Shown one piece after another: positions 49,930 to 59,640 of a DNA stretch of 64,000 nucleotides. The DNA is taken from positions 8,237 to 72,236 of IMG/VR virus record IMGVR_UViG_3300045995_000065; one strand, given 5' to 3'. The DNA comes from a virus. The notes under the pieces are model-generated. The model had not been told where the DNA came from. It was given only the letters and a program-made list of their open reading frames with translations, and searched no databases. Every line of letters starts with the position of its first letter. Within the stretch, counting starts at the first letter, position 1. A program made the translations under genes and the position numbers.

Positions 49930-50301
49930 GTGGAAGAAATCAAACAACTATTAGAGAAATACCCCTTCCTATCGTACCTTGTGTATGGCGGGAACGACTA
50001 CATAGGTATAATTCAAAACGCAGATGAACAGATCACGACGATCTACGACTTTTGCAGCATTAAAACGCCAGACCAACGTCAGAGATTCTTAGTATTTGGG
50101 GAGCAATGGTGGTGGGAAAGCAATCGCTTGATCCCTATCAACGTGTTTCTGAAAGCAGACTGGTCTGAATTCAAGCCTTGCGTTAAGACTATGAACTCAA
50201 AAGATGTTGAAGTAAAAGTTGGCCCAGCCACGAGCCTAAAAGAAATGGCCCAGAAGCGCAGCAAGCGCCGTAGTATTACACTGATTAGACGATTACCTTA
50301 A
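49930..50301 (+). CDS. Conserved hypothetical phage protein
   Basis: YPFLS...Y.GIIQN...WWWESNR.IPIN.FL; TATAAATA at 49870-49877. Confidence 0.7.
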   Translation: MEEIKQLLEKYPFLSYLVYGGNDYIGIIQNADEQITTIYDFCSIKTPDQRQRFLVFGEQWWWESNRLIPINVFLKADWSEFKPCVKTMNSKDVEVKVGPATSLKEMAQKRSKRRSITLIRRLP

Positions 50302-50497
50302 GCAGTAGCGCAGTATAGTCCTCGTCAGATATTCCAATATGCTCAATGATTCCTGCGCTGTAAATATGCAGTCCATGGGTATCAAGCGCCCACTTATCAA
50401 ACACCGAACCAAACTTGTTTTGGGGACTCATTGTCTTAAGCTTCATTAGGAGCCTAAATCTTGTTTCCTGGGTAAGTTGCTCGCAAAGGTCAATCAT
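50285..50497 (-). CDS. Small hypothetical protein
   Basis: Coupled ORF. Confidence 0.45.
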   Translation of the reverse strand: MIDLCEQLTQETRFRLLMKLKTMSPQNKFGSVFDKWALDTHGLHIYSAGIIEHIGISDEDYTALLLKVIV

Positions 50498-51113
50498 CTA
50501 TTAATCCTAATAACTGATCAACAGTTAAACTACTCTTAGCACCTTTTCTACTGTTTTCCTTTGCCTCAAGTATTTGTAAGTTAGCAGGGTGATTAACAAT
50601 TTCAATTGCAAGGTTTGCGTGCCATGCATCAAGGATACATAACTTGTGGTCAACATGAAGTGTCTGCTGTCCTAATATATAACCTTGTTCCTTAGCCCAT
50701 CGCTGAGCACCCGCTCTAATTCTTCGTGCGTAAGCTCTGTAACTCTTTATATCCCCGGGAGTTATCAACCCAGTCTTTTTACGCTTTGTTTCTCTCATCT
50801 TATCAATTGTCTCAGTGTTATGCAGACGACGGATCAAATCTTTCTTAGTTTCATTTTTTCGAAGTTCTGCATTCTGCCAACTTGCCTTAGATCTATTAGA
50901 TAATTGAGAAATATATGCCGGGCAATTTTGGTATTGCGACTGGCATACATATTTCCCGCCAGTGTTTTTAGCAATAGCGATGTTGCCGCAACCAAAATGA
51001 CAGTAAGTTCCGACAGGTACAGCATCATGAGTTTGCTTGTGGTAGTGAAACATAGATGGATTGTTTGCGGTGTAATCACAATGCAAACATTTTCTTGGAT
51101 AGATAATACTCAT
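50490..51113 (-). mobile_element. HNH homing endonuclease with N-terminal Cys/His zinc-binding motifs
   Basis: CLHC...H...H, CHFGCG; LHVDH...HPANL....EN..KG; own TAAATA; next to the polymerase gene. Confidence 0.8.
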
Positions 51114-51138
51114 CAAGTATTTATGCTATTTTAAAAAA

Positions 51139-51723
51139 CTACACGCCGTCCTGTTCACACAATAAATTCATATGAACTGCTATCAATGTTGAGTACGAAA
51201 TTGAATGGCTCTTCTTAAAATAGTAGGAATTGTCAGTGGGCTTGTCCCATATAGTCTTAGCTACATTGGCCCACTTTAGCCCTATTAGGTGGCGTTTTGC
51301 AGGGCGAATCGCAGCGATAAACATAGCTAATCGTGGGATACTTGTTACTGCCTCTGGAAACTGTATCAGCGTATCGTAATGCCCATTGACGTGCATTAAC
51401 TTGTTACAAAACTCTTCGTCGTACAGCTTTGCCCAGTCTGGCTCCTTGGCCATCAATGCATCTAAATGTGCCTCGTCCTTTATCTGCGTATATAATGATA
51501 CGTTCAAAAAGTCCAGCTTCATGTACCCACGTTCTTCAGCATCCTTGTGATCAATGCTCGCGCATCCCACGATTGGGTCATTGGGAATGTCAGTAACGTA
51601 AACCCCTGAGTTATGTTTTACTAACTCACCATTACGCATAATGCCCGCAGGATTATGTCGCAGGTAGGATAACGCTTTGTTTCTATCACCAAAGTCGAGG
51701 TCAATGTCTGATTTAAATTTCAT
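51139..51723 (-). CDS. Miniature DNA polymerase III alpha (DnaE) palm/fingers core
   Basis: SDIDLDF, HNSGVY, GYMKLDFL, AAIRP, FKKSHSISY in 194 aa. Confidence 0.85.
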   Translation of the reverse strand: MKFKSDIDLDFGDRNKALSYLRHNPAGIMRNGELVKHNSGVYVTDIPNDPIVGCASIDHKDAEERGYMKLDFLNVSLYTQIKDEAHLDALMAKEPDWAKLYDEEFCNKLMHVNGHYDTLIQFPEAVTSIPRLAMFIAAIRPAKRHLIGLKWANVAKTIWDKPTDNSYYFKKSHSISYSTLIAVHMNLLCEQDGV

Positions 51724-52013
51724 AGAAACTTTAGGCGAAACAGTAAGTATTTCTGATCGTCCACTATCTTCAATCCTTTTATACAATGCATCTCCATATC
51801 GTATTCATATTTGACTCCCCAGGTGTTCTCAAACCAGTCTACTAGTCTTTCTTCAATTTTGCTAGTGGTATGGTAAGCCGCAGCCTTCTTTAGGATGACT
51901 GCCAACTCTTTCATTTCCTTGCTGTACTGCGTGTCCTTGATAAACCCTCTGAGTTGAGATTCTTCTAACTCAGTTACTGGATCGTGCACAAACGGTTCAT
52001 AGTCCATATGCAA
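51720..52013 (-). CDS. Small hypothetical protein
   Basis: Ends IVDDQKYLLFRLKF. Confidence 0.55.
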   Translation of the reverse strand: MHMDYEPFVHDPVTELEESQLRGFIKDTQYSKEMKELAVILKKAAAYHTTSKIEERLVDWFENTWGVKYEYDMEMHCIKGLKIVDDQKYLLFRLKFL

Positions 52014-52731
52014 TAAATTCCCTGCCAGTAATTGAATTTGGTACGATGTTCCACTCCCATAAATTTTCTGGCAATTTTGGTAAAGTATGAGTGTCTACGA
52101 ATCTGGTATTTACTGCACCAATAACAAAACGTTGATGCATAGCACGAGAATCATGATAGAAAGCTTTGTAAAATACCGTTTGCCATCCATACAATTCCAA
52201 AATAATATTAACCCAAGGAAAGTTAGGGACACCAGCCAATATAGATGCATAGCCGTTAAACCCTGCTTTGTCCCAATCAGTCGTTTCAACATACCAATCC
52301 ATATTAGGGGTTGAACATTCCGGACCAAATTCAGATTCTAAAATCAAATGCTTGACTTGACTATTGCATATGGTTTTTAAAAAAAGATGATGATCAGCTA
52401 TGTGATAAAACATACCAAAATTAGTAACTGTATCTTTTCCTTCGAGCAGTGCTGTCAAGCTATTTGCATCTGTCGCATCACCTTTAACAAATGACACCGA
52501 GTCCAAGCTATTCAATCGAATAAGATCTTGAGCAATTTCAATTGACTCTGTCCTTGGTTCTAGCCCCACCACGGATCGCGCCCCCATACACTTAATACTT
52601 GCGCTACTTTTACCAGTATACGATGCTATATCAAGCACATCACAGTCTTTAATAAAGAAATTTAATGCTTCTGGAATAAAATACTCCATCCCCTGCACCC
52701 TAAACCTCGTTGATGAATTCGTCATAGCCAC
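51997..52731 (-). CDS. Class I SAM-dependent methyltransferase
   Basis: VLDIASYTG, GA..VVGLEPR, GDA, FGMFYH; AT-rich. Confidence 0.8.
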   Translation of the reverse strand: MAMTNSSTRFRVQGMEYFIPEALNFFIKDCDVLDIASYTGKSSASIKCMGARSVVGLEPRTESIEIAQDLIRLNSLDSVSFVKGDATDANSLTALLEGKDTVTNFGMFYHIADHHLFLKTICNSQVKHLILESEFGPECSTPNMDWYVETTDWDKAGFNGYASILAGVPNFPWVNIILELYGWQTVFYKAFYHDSRAMHQRFVIGAVNTRFVDTHTLPKLPENLWEWNIVPNSITGREFIAYGL

Positions 52732-52937
52732 CTCATTAGTAATACTGATTCCATTGATTCGTTATGCTCTTCATGAAATTTAAAGTGCACTTCATTCTCC
52801 TTAGACATAAAGAACCAATCAAAATCTTTACCCACAGCAAGCCCACAATCGCGTTGCAGCCAATTACTAATAGCCAATGCTTTGCCTGCACGGTTTGACA
52901 GTGTTACAGCGGTTAACGGTAGCTTAACGATGTTCAT
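52722..52937 (-). CDS. Small hypothetical protein
   Basis: Coupled ORF. Confidence 0.5.
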   Translation of the reverse strand: MNIVKLPLTAVTLSNRAGKALAISNWLQRDCGLAVGKDFDWFFMSKENEVHFKFHEEHNESMESVLLMRWL

Positions 52938-53653
52938 AAGTTTGCTGCCTTCAATACTTCTTTAACCCAATCAGCATCGTCATCGTAGTCTTTAAACTTA
53001 CGGTTCCAGTATGCAGGATCAATGAATGGCATTACGAGTTCAAGTTGTGCCTCATCGAGCTTACTAAGGAAGTCAACGCCTGAATCACAATTGAAAACGA
53101 CCCAAGGACTAATACGGGATGTTGCAATGTGATGTATGATACGATTAACATTGCCGTACCTAAAATAATCGACAAAACCGTTCTTGAGTTCTGGATGATC
53201 TGCTGCATATTGTTGCATCTCCTTCAGTCCACGTTCCAACGCATCTTGGACTGCTTCTTTTTTAATGTACTCTGTTACCCACTCAGTGTAAAGCTTGTCT
53301 GAGCACCAGTAGTCAAGCTTCTTGTTATTTGTCAGTAGCCACGTTGTAAACTGTATGAAATTAACGCATCGTATATCCACGCAATAGCGGCCAAACTTAA
53401 CGAATGCAATGTAGTACAGTGATGACGCAAACTCTTCATAAGACTTTGCCTTCTTCCCGCCTTGTGTTATCTCGTAAAAACGTAAGTAAGCTTGGAGGCC
53501 CAGCTGAACGCCTTTTTCGCCTTGCTGGTTGTGCCTGCGCTTAGGTTCGCACTGATGCGAAATAAGACTGTTTTCTCTTGCGAACGACCTATTACAGAAT
53601 TTGCAGGTGTGCTCATTAGAGTTCTTTTTTAATTCGTTCTTTTGTCCAGCCAT
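52934..53653 (-). CDS. C2H2-like zinc-finger protein, replication module
   Basis: CKFC.RSF..E..L..H.CE; start uncertain (MAGQK or upstream at 53719). Confidence 0.65.
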   Translation of the reverse strand: MAGQKNELKKNSNEHTCKFCNRSFARENSLISHQCEPKRRHNQQGEKGVQLGLQAYLRFYEITQGGKKAKSYEEFASSLYYIAFVKFGRYCVDIRCVNFIQFTTWLLTNNKKLDYWCSDKLYTEWVTEYIKKEAVQDALERGLKEMQQYAADHPELKNGFVDYFRYGNVNRIIHHIATSRISPWVVFNCDSGVDFLSKLDEAQLELVMPFIDPAYWNRKFKDYDDDADWVKEVLKAANL

Positions 53654-54092
53654 GCTGTTCAGCCAAGTGCTTAAGATCGTCTTTACCGTTGAGTCGTCTG
53701 AGGAGGTCAAGTTCATCATCTTTTAAATGGGGGTAAATTTCTTTAAGGAATTTGGTTGCTTTATTATCAGTGGCTTCTTTTTTGCTTGCTGCTAACCAGT
53801 TATGTCGCTGTTTACCCATTCCAGGACTAACTGTAGATGCAAGTAACCATTGCAACTTCTTATGTTGGGTGCCGCTAATGTCGAAGTAATGCTTGTTGAG
53901 CCTTTCGTTAACGCTCATCAAGTAGTACGATTGCATCTCTGCACCGCCTTCTACTACAGAGCCCCAACGTATCATAAGGAAAGGAGAAAACTTCTTCTTC
54001 TCTTCATCACTTAGCTCGTCAAAGAAGGCCCTGTTCTTGAGATCAAGCTGGGCCATCTCGTTACCTATGTATAGCTTATCAGTCGTTGCCAT
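53616..54092 (-). CDS. Clamp-loader small subunit-like (T4 gp62-like)
   Basis: KKFSPFLMIRW...VN...H..LQW.L...GK.RH.W...KK...YP pattern. Confidence 0.55.
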   Translation of the reverse strand: MATTDKLYIGNEMAQLDLKNRAFFDELSDEEKKKFSPFLMIRWGSVVEGGAEMQSYYLMSVNERLNKHYFDISGTQHKKLQWLLASTVSPGMGKQRHNWLAASKKEATDNKATKFLKEIYPHLKDDELDLLRRLNGKDDLKHLAEQHGWTKERIKKEL

Positions 54093-54243
54093 CTTCAGTC
54101 CATACTTTAGGTTCCGTGGGCTCAGTGGGCTCAGTGGGCTCTACAAGTATGCCATCTTCCATGTACAGTGTCTTTTCAGACTCACCAAACTCACGTGCGT
54201 AAACTGTCTTGCCCTTATCGGGACTTTCAAAAATCTTCGTCAT
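54079..54243 (-). CDS. Small protein with EPT tandem repeat
   Basis: IFESPDKGKTVYAREFG; 9-bp repeat encoding EPTEPTEPTEP. Confidence 0.6.
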   Translation of the reverse strand: MTKIFESPDKGKTVYAREFGESEKTLYMEDGILVEPTEPTEPTEPKVWTEDGND

Positions 54244-54541
54244 TTGATGCTCCGTTGCTTCGTGTATTGCGCACATGCTCAATGTCTTGCATCATACGCT
54301 TTTCTTGTTGCGTTACTTCACCGTGATTGCGTGGGTTACCGCACAGATAACATTGCGGATTACCACAATCCATTGCATGGCGTTTAGCTAGACGATGTGA
54401 TTGTTTAATGATCAAATCGCTATCAGTGAAACCACTGTTATTAGTGCTACCCTGCTTTGCAATTTTAACTTGCTTCTTAATCGCATTGTCATCCTTGAGC
54501 AACCGCTTAGAATGTTTGAACTTGTCTTCTTCTGTACTCAC
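54227..54541 (-). CDS. Basic protein with Cys motif
   Basis: HAMDCGNPQCYLCGNPR. Confidence 0.65.
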   Translation of the reverse strand: MSTEEDKFKHSKRLLKDDNAIKKQVKIAKQGSTNNSGFTDSDLIIKQSHRLAKRHAMDCGNPQCYLCGNPRNHGEVTQQEKRMMQDIEHVRNTRSNGASNDEDF

Positions 54542-55048
54542 TTAGAATGCCTTTCCAAAATCTACGACCTCACTTTGTCGCGAAATGTCTTTTACAAAAT
54601 ATGCGCAGAGTGGTTTCTCTACGCCTGCTTCCAATGGAACTGCCAACATTTGCCCAGGCTTCAACTTGGGAAAATACCATTTAACGTCTTGATAAATGTC
54701 CACGATCTCTATTAGACCAAACGATGGCTTAAAGCTGGAGATAGGGTTAAAGCAAAATGCACTAAATCCTCTATCGTTAATGCTTGTAAGCGGGACAACC
54801 TCTAGGTCACCTAAATCATTTTCGCCAATCAGTATTTGCCAATCCACTGGCATACGGATTATGCTGTTACCGATCTTTAATACAAGTGCTGGTGCGTTAA
54901 AGCTCTCCAAAAAGATTAATGGTATATAAAAGTAGTCTGGGTTCTTGCTATCCGAATTGTCTAGCACTGCAAAACGCAAATCTCCAACTTCGTCGGGAAT
55001 TTCGTTTAGCTCATATGCTGCATTTGTGTCGAGGTCTAATATACGCAC
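54542..55048 (-). CDS. Conserved beta-rich phage protein
   Basis: GTG start with SD; promoter TTGACT-17-TATAAT at 55070-55098. Confidence 0.65.
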   Translation of the reverse strand: MRILDLDTNAAYELNEIPDEVGDLRFAVLDNSDSKNPDYFYIPLIFLESFNAPALVLKIGNSIIRMPVDWQILIGENDLGDLEVVPLTSINDRGFSAFCFNPISSFKPSFGLIEIVDIYQDVKWYFPKLKPGQMLAVPLEAGVEKPLCAYFVKDISRQSEVVDFGKAF

Positions 55049-55094
55049 TGGTTATCCTTATTATAGTTTATTATAGCTTAAGACTATAATTTAG

Positions 55095-55295
55095 TCAACA
55101 CCAAGCTAGTCTGAACATGGTGAACTCATCTTCGTTTTTAAACGAAATGGCGTAAGTGTTTACCATTTTGCCACATTCACGGTCCTTGCACCATTGAGTC
55201 AACTCATTCAATTCAGATCTGGACATGCTACCTAACCGCACGTAAGTATACGTATGACGTTTCTCAATTTCTCGAATGCTAATCTTCATTGCCAT
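55095..55295 (-). CDS. Small hypothetical protein (WC...F.NE..F..F.L.W family)
   Basis: QWCK...ISFKNEDEFTMFRLAW. Confidence 0.55.
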   Translation of the reverse strand: MAMKISIREIEKRHTYTYVRLGSMSRSELNELTQWCKDRECGKMVNTYAISFKNEDEFTMFRLAWC

Positions 55296-56773
55296 ACCGC
55301 CTTCTCAATCGTAAACGGATACTGTGCGCTAGTGTAAAACTTCTTACGTGCAGTAAGATGTCGCTTGGAAAACTTGCAAGTAGACGTAATATCCCAAATG
55401 TTTACAGCGTCTTTGTCTTGTGCTTTGCGGAGTCCTCGCCCAATACTCTGGATAACTCGAACAAAACTCTTGCCCGGTTCAAATAACACAAGATTAAAAA
55501 TGCGGGGAACGTTAATGCCAACAGCAGCAACACCATAAGTTGCGATAGTGATTTTAGATGTAGACGAAGCCATTGAATCATATTCTTCCTTCCGTGTCTT
55601 GCCCTTCATTGATCCAGACACAAACGTAATGTCAGGTTTATCGCCAAGCAAGCTAAACAAACTGCTCAACTCTGCTTGCAATAGCTTTCCAGTAGCAATA
55701 CGATCCACAAGGATCAGTGTATTGCCTGTCTTAGCCACCCGTTCTGCTAGTCGTGCCACGTATGCCACTCGCTCTGTGTTCTCTGTTAAGTATTTAAGCT
55801 CTGCTTGGTACTCTTTAAACTCAACATGGTCCACCATCTGCACAATGTTAACGTGACAGTTAGCAAGGTGACCCGCATCTTGCAGTTCCTTTGCAGACAA
55901 CTTGCCTACCATGTTACCAATGCTGCAATATAAAGACAGTTCACCAATCTTGTCCAACGGAATTGTACCAGTCAAACCCCACCGGATAGGCACATTACCA
56001 AAAATGCCACCAAGCATCTGCATCAGTACATCAGCTTTAGCCATATGCGCCTCGTCAACAATGACACAAATAACGTCGTCAGTGATATCAGTAATGTGTA
56101 CATCACCATTCGTACCTTCTTCGCTATTCTTCATCAAGATATTAAGGCTCTGCCATGTGCATATAGTATGCTTGCGACCAACTTCCTTGCGATCGCCGTA
56201 ATAAACACCAACATCAAGGCCAAGGTTACGGTAATCTTCTTCTGTCTGCACAATCAAACTCTTGTTTGGCACAATCACCACACTTCGCCCATACTGCTCA
56301 ACCAACAAACTCATGCCAGCAGTCATCAATGTCTTACCTGCGCCTGTAGCAACCTCTTGGATGCTCTGCAAATCAGTGACATAGTTCTTGAGAATCTCAA
56401 TTTGGTAGTCACGGAACATGACAGGCTGCCCTGCTTGTGGGTGGTTCTTGGGCCACACACGATCCGCAAACATATCCTCTTTGATCTCAGGGAATACGAA
56501 CTGTGGCTTAGGTGACCTATTGTCAATCAAGCTGATGTCGCAATGCATGTTATCAAGTTCAGTAAGAATCTCTGGCAGCAATGCTTGGTATGTTAGACCA
56601 CCAAGAGAAAAGAAGCTCTTCTTGCCGTCCCATCGACCAAGACGCACAGATGGCTGATACCGGGCTCCCGGTATCTCAAACTTAAACTTCTCGTGAAGCT
56701 TCTTGCGTGTAGGAAGATCCAGTCCATTGATTTGGACTGTTACTTCATTGTCTAATACTAGTTTTGCTTCCAT
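55286..56773 (-). CDS. SF2 helicase, UvsW-like
   Basis: WDG, RDYQ, TGAGKT, DEAH, GLTGT, QSIGRGLR. Confidence 0.93.
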   Translation of the reverse strand: MEAKLVLDNEVTVQINGLDLPTRKKLHEKFKFEIPGARYQPSVRLGRWDGKKSFFSLGGLTYQALLPEILTELDNMHCDISLIDNRSPKPQFVFPEIKEDMFADRVWPKNHPQAGQPVMFRDYQIEILKNYVTDLQSIQEVATGAGKTLMTAGMSLLVEQYGRSVVIVPNKSLIVQTEEDYRNLGLDVGVYYGDRKEVGRKHTICTWQSLNILMKNSEEGTNGDVHITDITDDVICVIVDEAHMAKADVLMQMLGGIFGNVPIRWGLTGTIPLDKIGELSLYCSIGNMVGKLSAKELQDAGHLANCHVNIVQMVDHVEFKEYQAELKYLTENTERVAYVARLAERVAKTGNTLILVDRIATGKLLQAELSSLFSLLGDKPDITFVSGSMKGKTRKEEYDSMASSTSKITIATYGVAAVGINVPRIFNLVLFEPGKSFVRVIQSIGRGLRKAQDKDAVNIWDITSTCKFSKRHLTARKKFYTSAQYPFTIEKAVWQ

Positions 56774-57951
56774 TAGAAATCTAAATTCTCTATGTTGTCT
56801 GTTGATTGTTCTTTGCGGTACACTTCTGGCGTTAAGTACACAACCTTACCCGCACGTTGGAACATGATTTGCTTGTCACTTCCGTAAATCATACCAGCAG
56901 TGCTTACTAGGAATGGAATGTACTCTAACGAGCGTAGTGTCTTTGTAGTATGCACGAAATCTGCGTCAGGGTCAATTTCCATGCTACCTTTAGCACTGGC
57001 AAGAACTTGTATGTGCTTACCTGGATAGCATTCCATTAGCATGTTAAACAGTTTGTTGGATTGGTCTGGCTCAAAAACTACAATTGGCTTGCGGCCTACT
57101 TTGAGTGCGTAGTCTATTACTTGCTTAAACTTGTCTGCATACACGTTTTGGAATTTTGCTTCCCTAGTCTGTGCAAGCTTAACGAACAATGTACTGTATT
57201 CGTTGGTAAGTGCAATTGCAAGGCTGTCTCTGATTGTGTATCCCAACTCACCTGCGTGGTCTGCAAGTTTCTCTAGATTTTCGAAACCAAACCCACCCAT
57301 TGTAGTCTCAATGTGCTCGCGTAAACCTGCTGGGCAGTTAGTAATATTTAGTGTGTCACCATCAACGTAGAGTTCGATCTTAAACGGTACCTTCTCTGCG
57401 TCAGTCATCTGTGCAATGAGTAGTGTGATCTCGTCGTCAACCTCAAACCCGTTAAGCTTTGCAATGGAGTGCGTCCAGTTTAGGTTGTACTCTGTCATAC
57501 CAAACTTCCACACCTTTTCGTCTACAATGAACTCGCACTCACCTTGACTGTCCTTCTTGAATGCACGAATCGATTCGATTAGCTGTGTGCTATAGGGAAA
57601 CTTTGCGTACAGCTTATCGTCCTTGATGTAGAGTGACTTACGGTAATCCATTGTGCGTGGCTTGACGCGGAAGACTGGCTCTTCCTCGATGGGTGCGATG
57701 TCGATTCCCTTTTGCGCCAATTGCTTCTTGTACTTGAGAATGATTTTGATCGCAAGCTCACCTTGTCGTTCAGTCAATGCTTTCGAACTGAGTGACGCTT
57801 GCGCCATCGAATCGATTACACTGGTATCATACCGTGCCAAACTTATGATGGGCGAAAAGCTGAACACCATTGGATTTCGAATACCAGAAGCGATATCCCT
57901 GTAACCAGCAATGAGTTCCAAATATTCTTCGACGTTAGTGAATTGTTTCAT
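56773..57951 (-). CDS. Hypothetical protein, replication module
   Basis: Start MKQFTNVEE 6 nt after TATAAT; LTERQ..L...I..KY, FPY motifs. Confidence 0.65.
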   Translation of the reverse strand: MKQFTNVEEYLELIAGYRDIASGIRNPMVFSFSPIISLARYDTSVIDSMAQASLSSKALTERQGELAIKIILKYKKQLAQKGIDIAPIEEEPVFRVKPRTMDYRKSLYIKDDKLYAKFPYSTQLIESIRAFKKDSQGECEFIVDEKVWKFGMTEYNLNWTHSIAKLNGFEVDDEITLLIAQMTDAEKVPFKIELYVDGDTLNITNCPAGLREHIETTMGGFGFENLEKLADHAGELGYTIRDSLAIALTNEYSTLFVKLAQTREAKFQNVYADKFKQVIDYALKVGRKPIVVFEPDQSNKLFNMLMECYPGKHIQVLASAKGSMEIDPDADFVHTTKTLRSLEYIPFLVSTAGMIYGSDKQIMFQRAGKVVYLTPEVYRKEQSTDNIENLDF

Positions 57952-58172
57952 ACTGCTATTATAGCATTTTACGCATATAAAGTACACGGAAATGGTGTAG
58001 CAAACACAGTAGTTTACTGGTGAGCAATGCCATATAAGTATTTACACGTACTACTCAAAAGTAAAGGCGCAAAAAGGCGCCCTTACCCCTTTGGTTGTAG
58101 TGCTTGGGCTTGTATTCTATTTCACTTCTTAATTTTAGTAGAATGCAAAGTTACAACAAAGGAAACTTATTG

Positions 58173-58661
58173 ATGAAAAAACTATCACTATTATTTATTG
58201 CCGTTTTAATGGCAAGCGGCGTTTATGCTGCGAACACAAACGGTGAATTGAAATTTAACGGCAATCTAGCCGAAGCTTGCAACTTACAGAACTTCGTCGA
58301 CGGTACGATTACTGCTGACATTTCGGAAACAATCTTAAGCACATCTCAACTTGGTGGTATCGCTGCTACGGTTGGCATTCGTGCTAACGCGAAGAAGTAT
58401 TCGTTAGTATTGGGCACACCAGTAATGGCAGGCCCAAATGGTAACGAAACTGACGTTACATTTGCGTTAGATCCAATCGGTACTGGCACCGACTTGAAGG
58501 GTGTACCAAAGGCAAGTTTTGGTGCTGTAAGTGGCGTTATGAACTTTGACGCTGGCATTTACACAATCACAGTCAATGGCACTGCAACCAAGAACATTGG
58601 TGCATTTGAAGCAGGTACTTATACTCTACGTGTTCCAGTAACATGCGTAAAAGCACCTTAA
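58173..58661 (+). CDS. Secreted fimbrial-subunit-like protein
   Basis: Signal peptide MKKLSLL...VYA; F.G.L...C N-terminal strand; C-terminal AGTY...V..TC. Confidence 0.65.
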   Translation: MKKLSLLFIAVLMASGVYAANTNGELKFNGNLAEACNLQNFVDGTITADISETILSTSQLGGIAATVGIRANAKKYSLVLGTPVMAGPNGNETDVTFALDPIGTGTDLKGVPKASFGAVSGVMNFDAGIYTITVNGTATKNIGAFEAGTYTLRVPVTCVKAP

Positions 58662-59008
58662 TTGGCATTTGCTTGATGGGAATGGTGGCGTCTGCGCAAG
58701 CGGTTTCCATCTTTCCTAATCGTGTCACTGTAGAGGGTGTCGTCGGTGAGAGGGCATCCATACAGTTTAGAATTTACGGGCATCCTGAAAATGCATCAGT
58801 CGAGTTTGTAAAGGCAGAAGATCTGAGGTCAGAAAAAGACACAGTCCTTACTTCCTTTGAACTTGGTCAAGAGCAACAAAGAATTGTACCAGTCGATATA
58901 GTAGTTAATAGAACACAGGAATTTTACTTATGCGCAGTCTTAAAAAAATCACAATCTATGCGCTTGCGGGTTTGCTCTGCGGTGCGTGTTATAGTCAGTC
59001 CACGATGA
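58643..59008 (+). CDS. Secreted PapD/Ig-like chaperone-like protein
   Basis: Signal peptide ...ASAQA; SIFPNRV; F.LG..Q.R.V.V; LC...RVCS. Confidence 0.55.
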   Translation: MRKSTLIGICLMGMVASAQAVSIFPNRVTVEGVVGERASIQFRIYGHPENASVEFVKAEDLRSEKDTVLTSFELGQEQQRIVPVDIVVNRTQEFYLCAVLKKSQSMRLRVCSAVRVIVSPR

Positions 59009-59325
59009 TGCCATCCACCACCCAGTCAACTGTGGGTGGTGATGAAGTTAGGGCAAGGGACGGAACAACATGTAAGCAAGGTACCTACAATGGGCCTACG
59101 TTTGACACGGGCGTTAGCTCTGGCAGTGCAGGCACAGTTACGCTACCTGGATACACGACCACGCCTGGTTCTAATCAGACGCTGTATGCACGTATCGTTA
59201 TTCCATTCGGCAAAACGCCAGACCGTTTAGATTGCACCCGTCTGTATTCACTCGAGATTGAGCGTTTACAGTTAGAGATTGACAAACTAAAACAATCTGG
59301 CTCAGCGTCTATTACGATTAATTAG
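58930..59325 (+). CDS. Secreted protein with C-terminal coiled coil
   Basis: Signal peptide; D..RA.DG..C.Q; YARIVIP.G...R.DC..LY.LE. Confidence 0.6.
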   Translation: MRSLKKITIYALAGLLCGACYSQSTMMPSTTQSTVGGDEVRARDGTTCKQGTYNGPTFDTGVSSGSAGTVTLPGYTTTPGSNQTLYARIVIPFGKTPDRLDCTRLYSLEIERLQLEIDKLKQSGSASITIN

Positions 59326-59640
59326 GCCAGTCTCTGTACAGTGCGTGTTGGATAGTACCTGACACAAACTGGTTGAAGCTTTTGTGTTTGCTTTCCAATT
59401 CACCCTCCAAAGGTGCAACTCTATCAAATGCTGCATCAAGCTGTGCCATGTTATTGAACTCCATCATGATGTGCCATTCCGGAACATCCATACTACGGAA
59501 GCCCATCTTACATCGCGTAATGCGATACGATACCATTTTGCTTTCGGATACTAAATGATCCAAAAAGCCCTTCATATTGTTTACCCAATCTAAATCGGAT
59601 ATTTCGCCTTCTTTGTCTGCCCAAATATGATAGATGTCCA
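59318..59640 (-). CDS. Small ferredoxin-fold-like protein (DUF6614-like)
   Basis: DIYHIWA...RITR.K.GF...EWHIMMEF...QLD.AF...ALYRDWP. Confidence 0.55.

Noticed and set aside
54111-54141. 9-bp tandem repeat as a phase-variation switch
   Set aside because: In-frame (EPT)n linker; copy change would not shift frame
57952-58172. tRNA/ncRNA in the largest intergenic gap
   Set aside because: No cloverleaf or T-loop; only promoters and a doubtful 24-codon ORF
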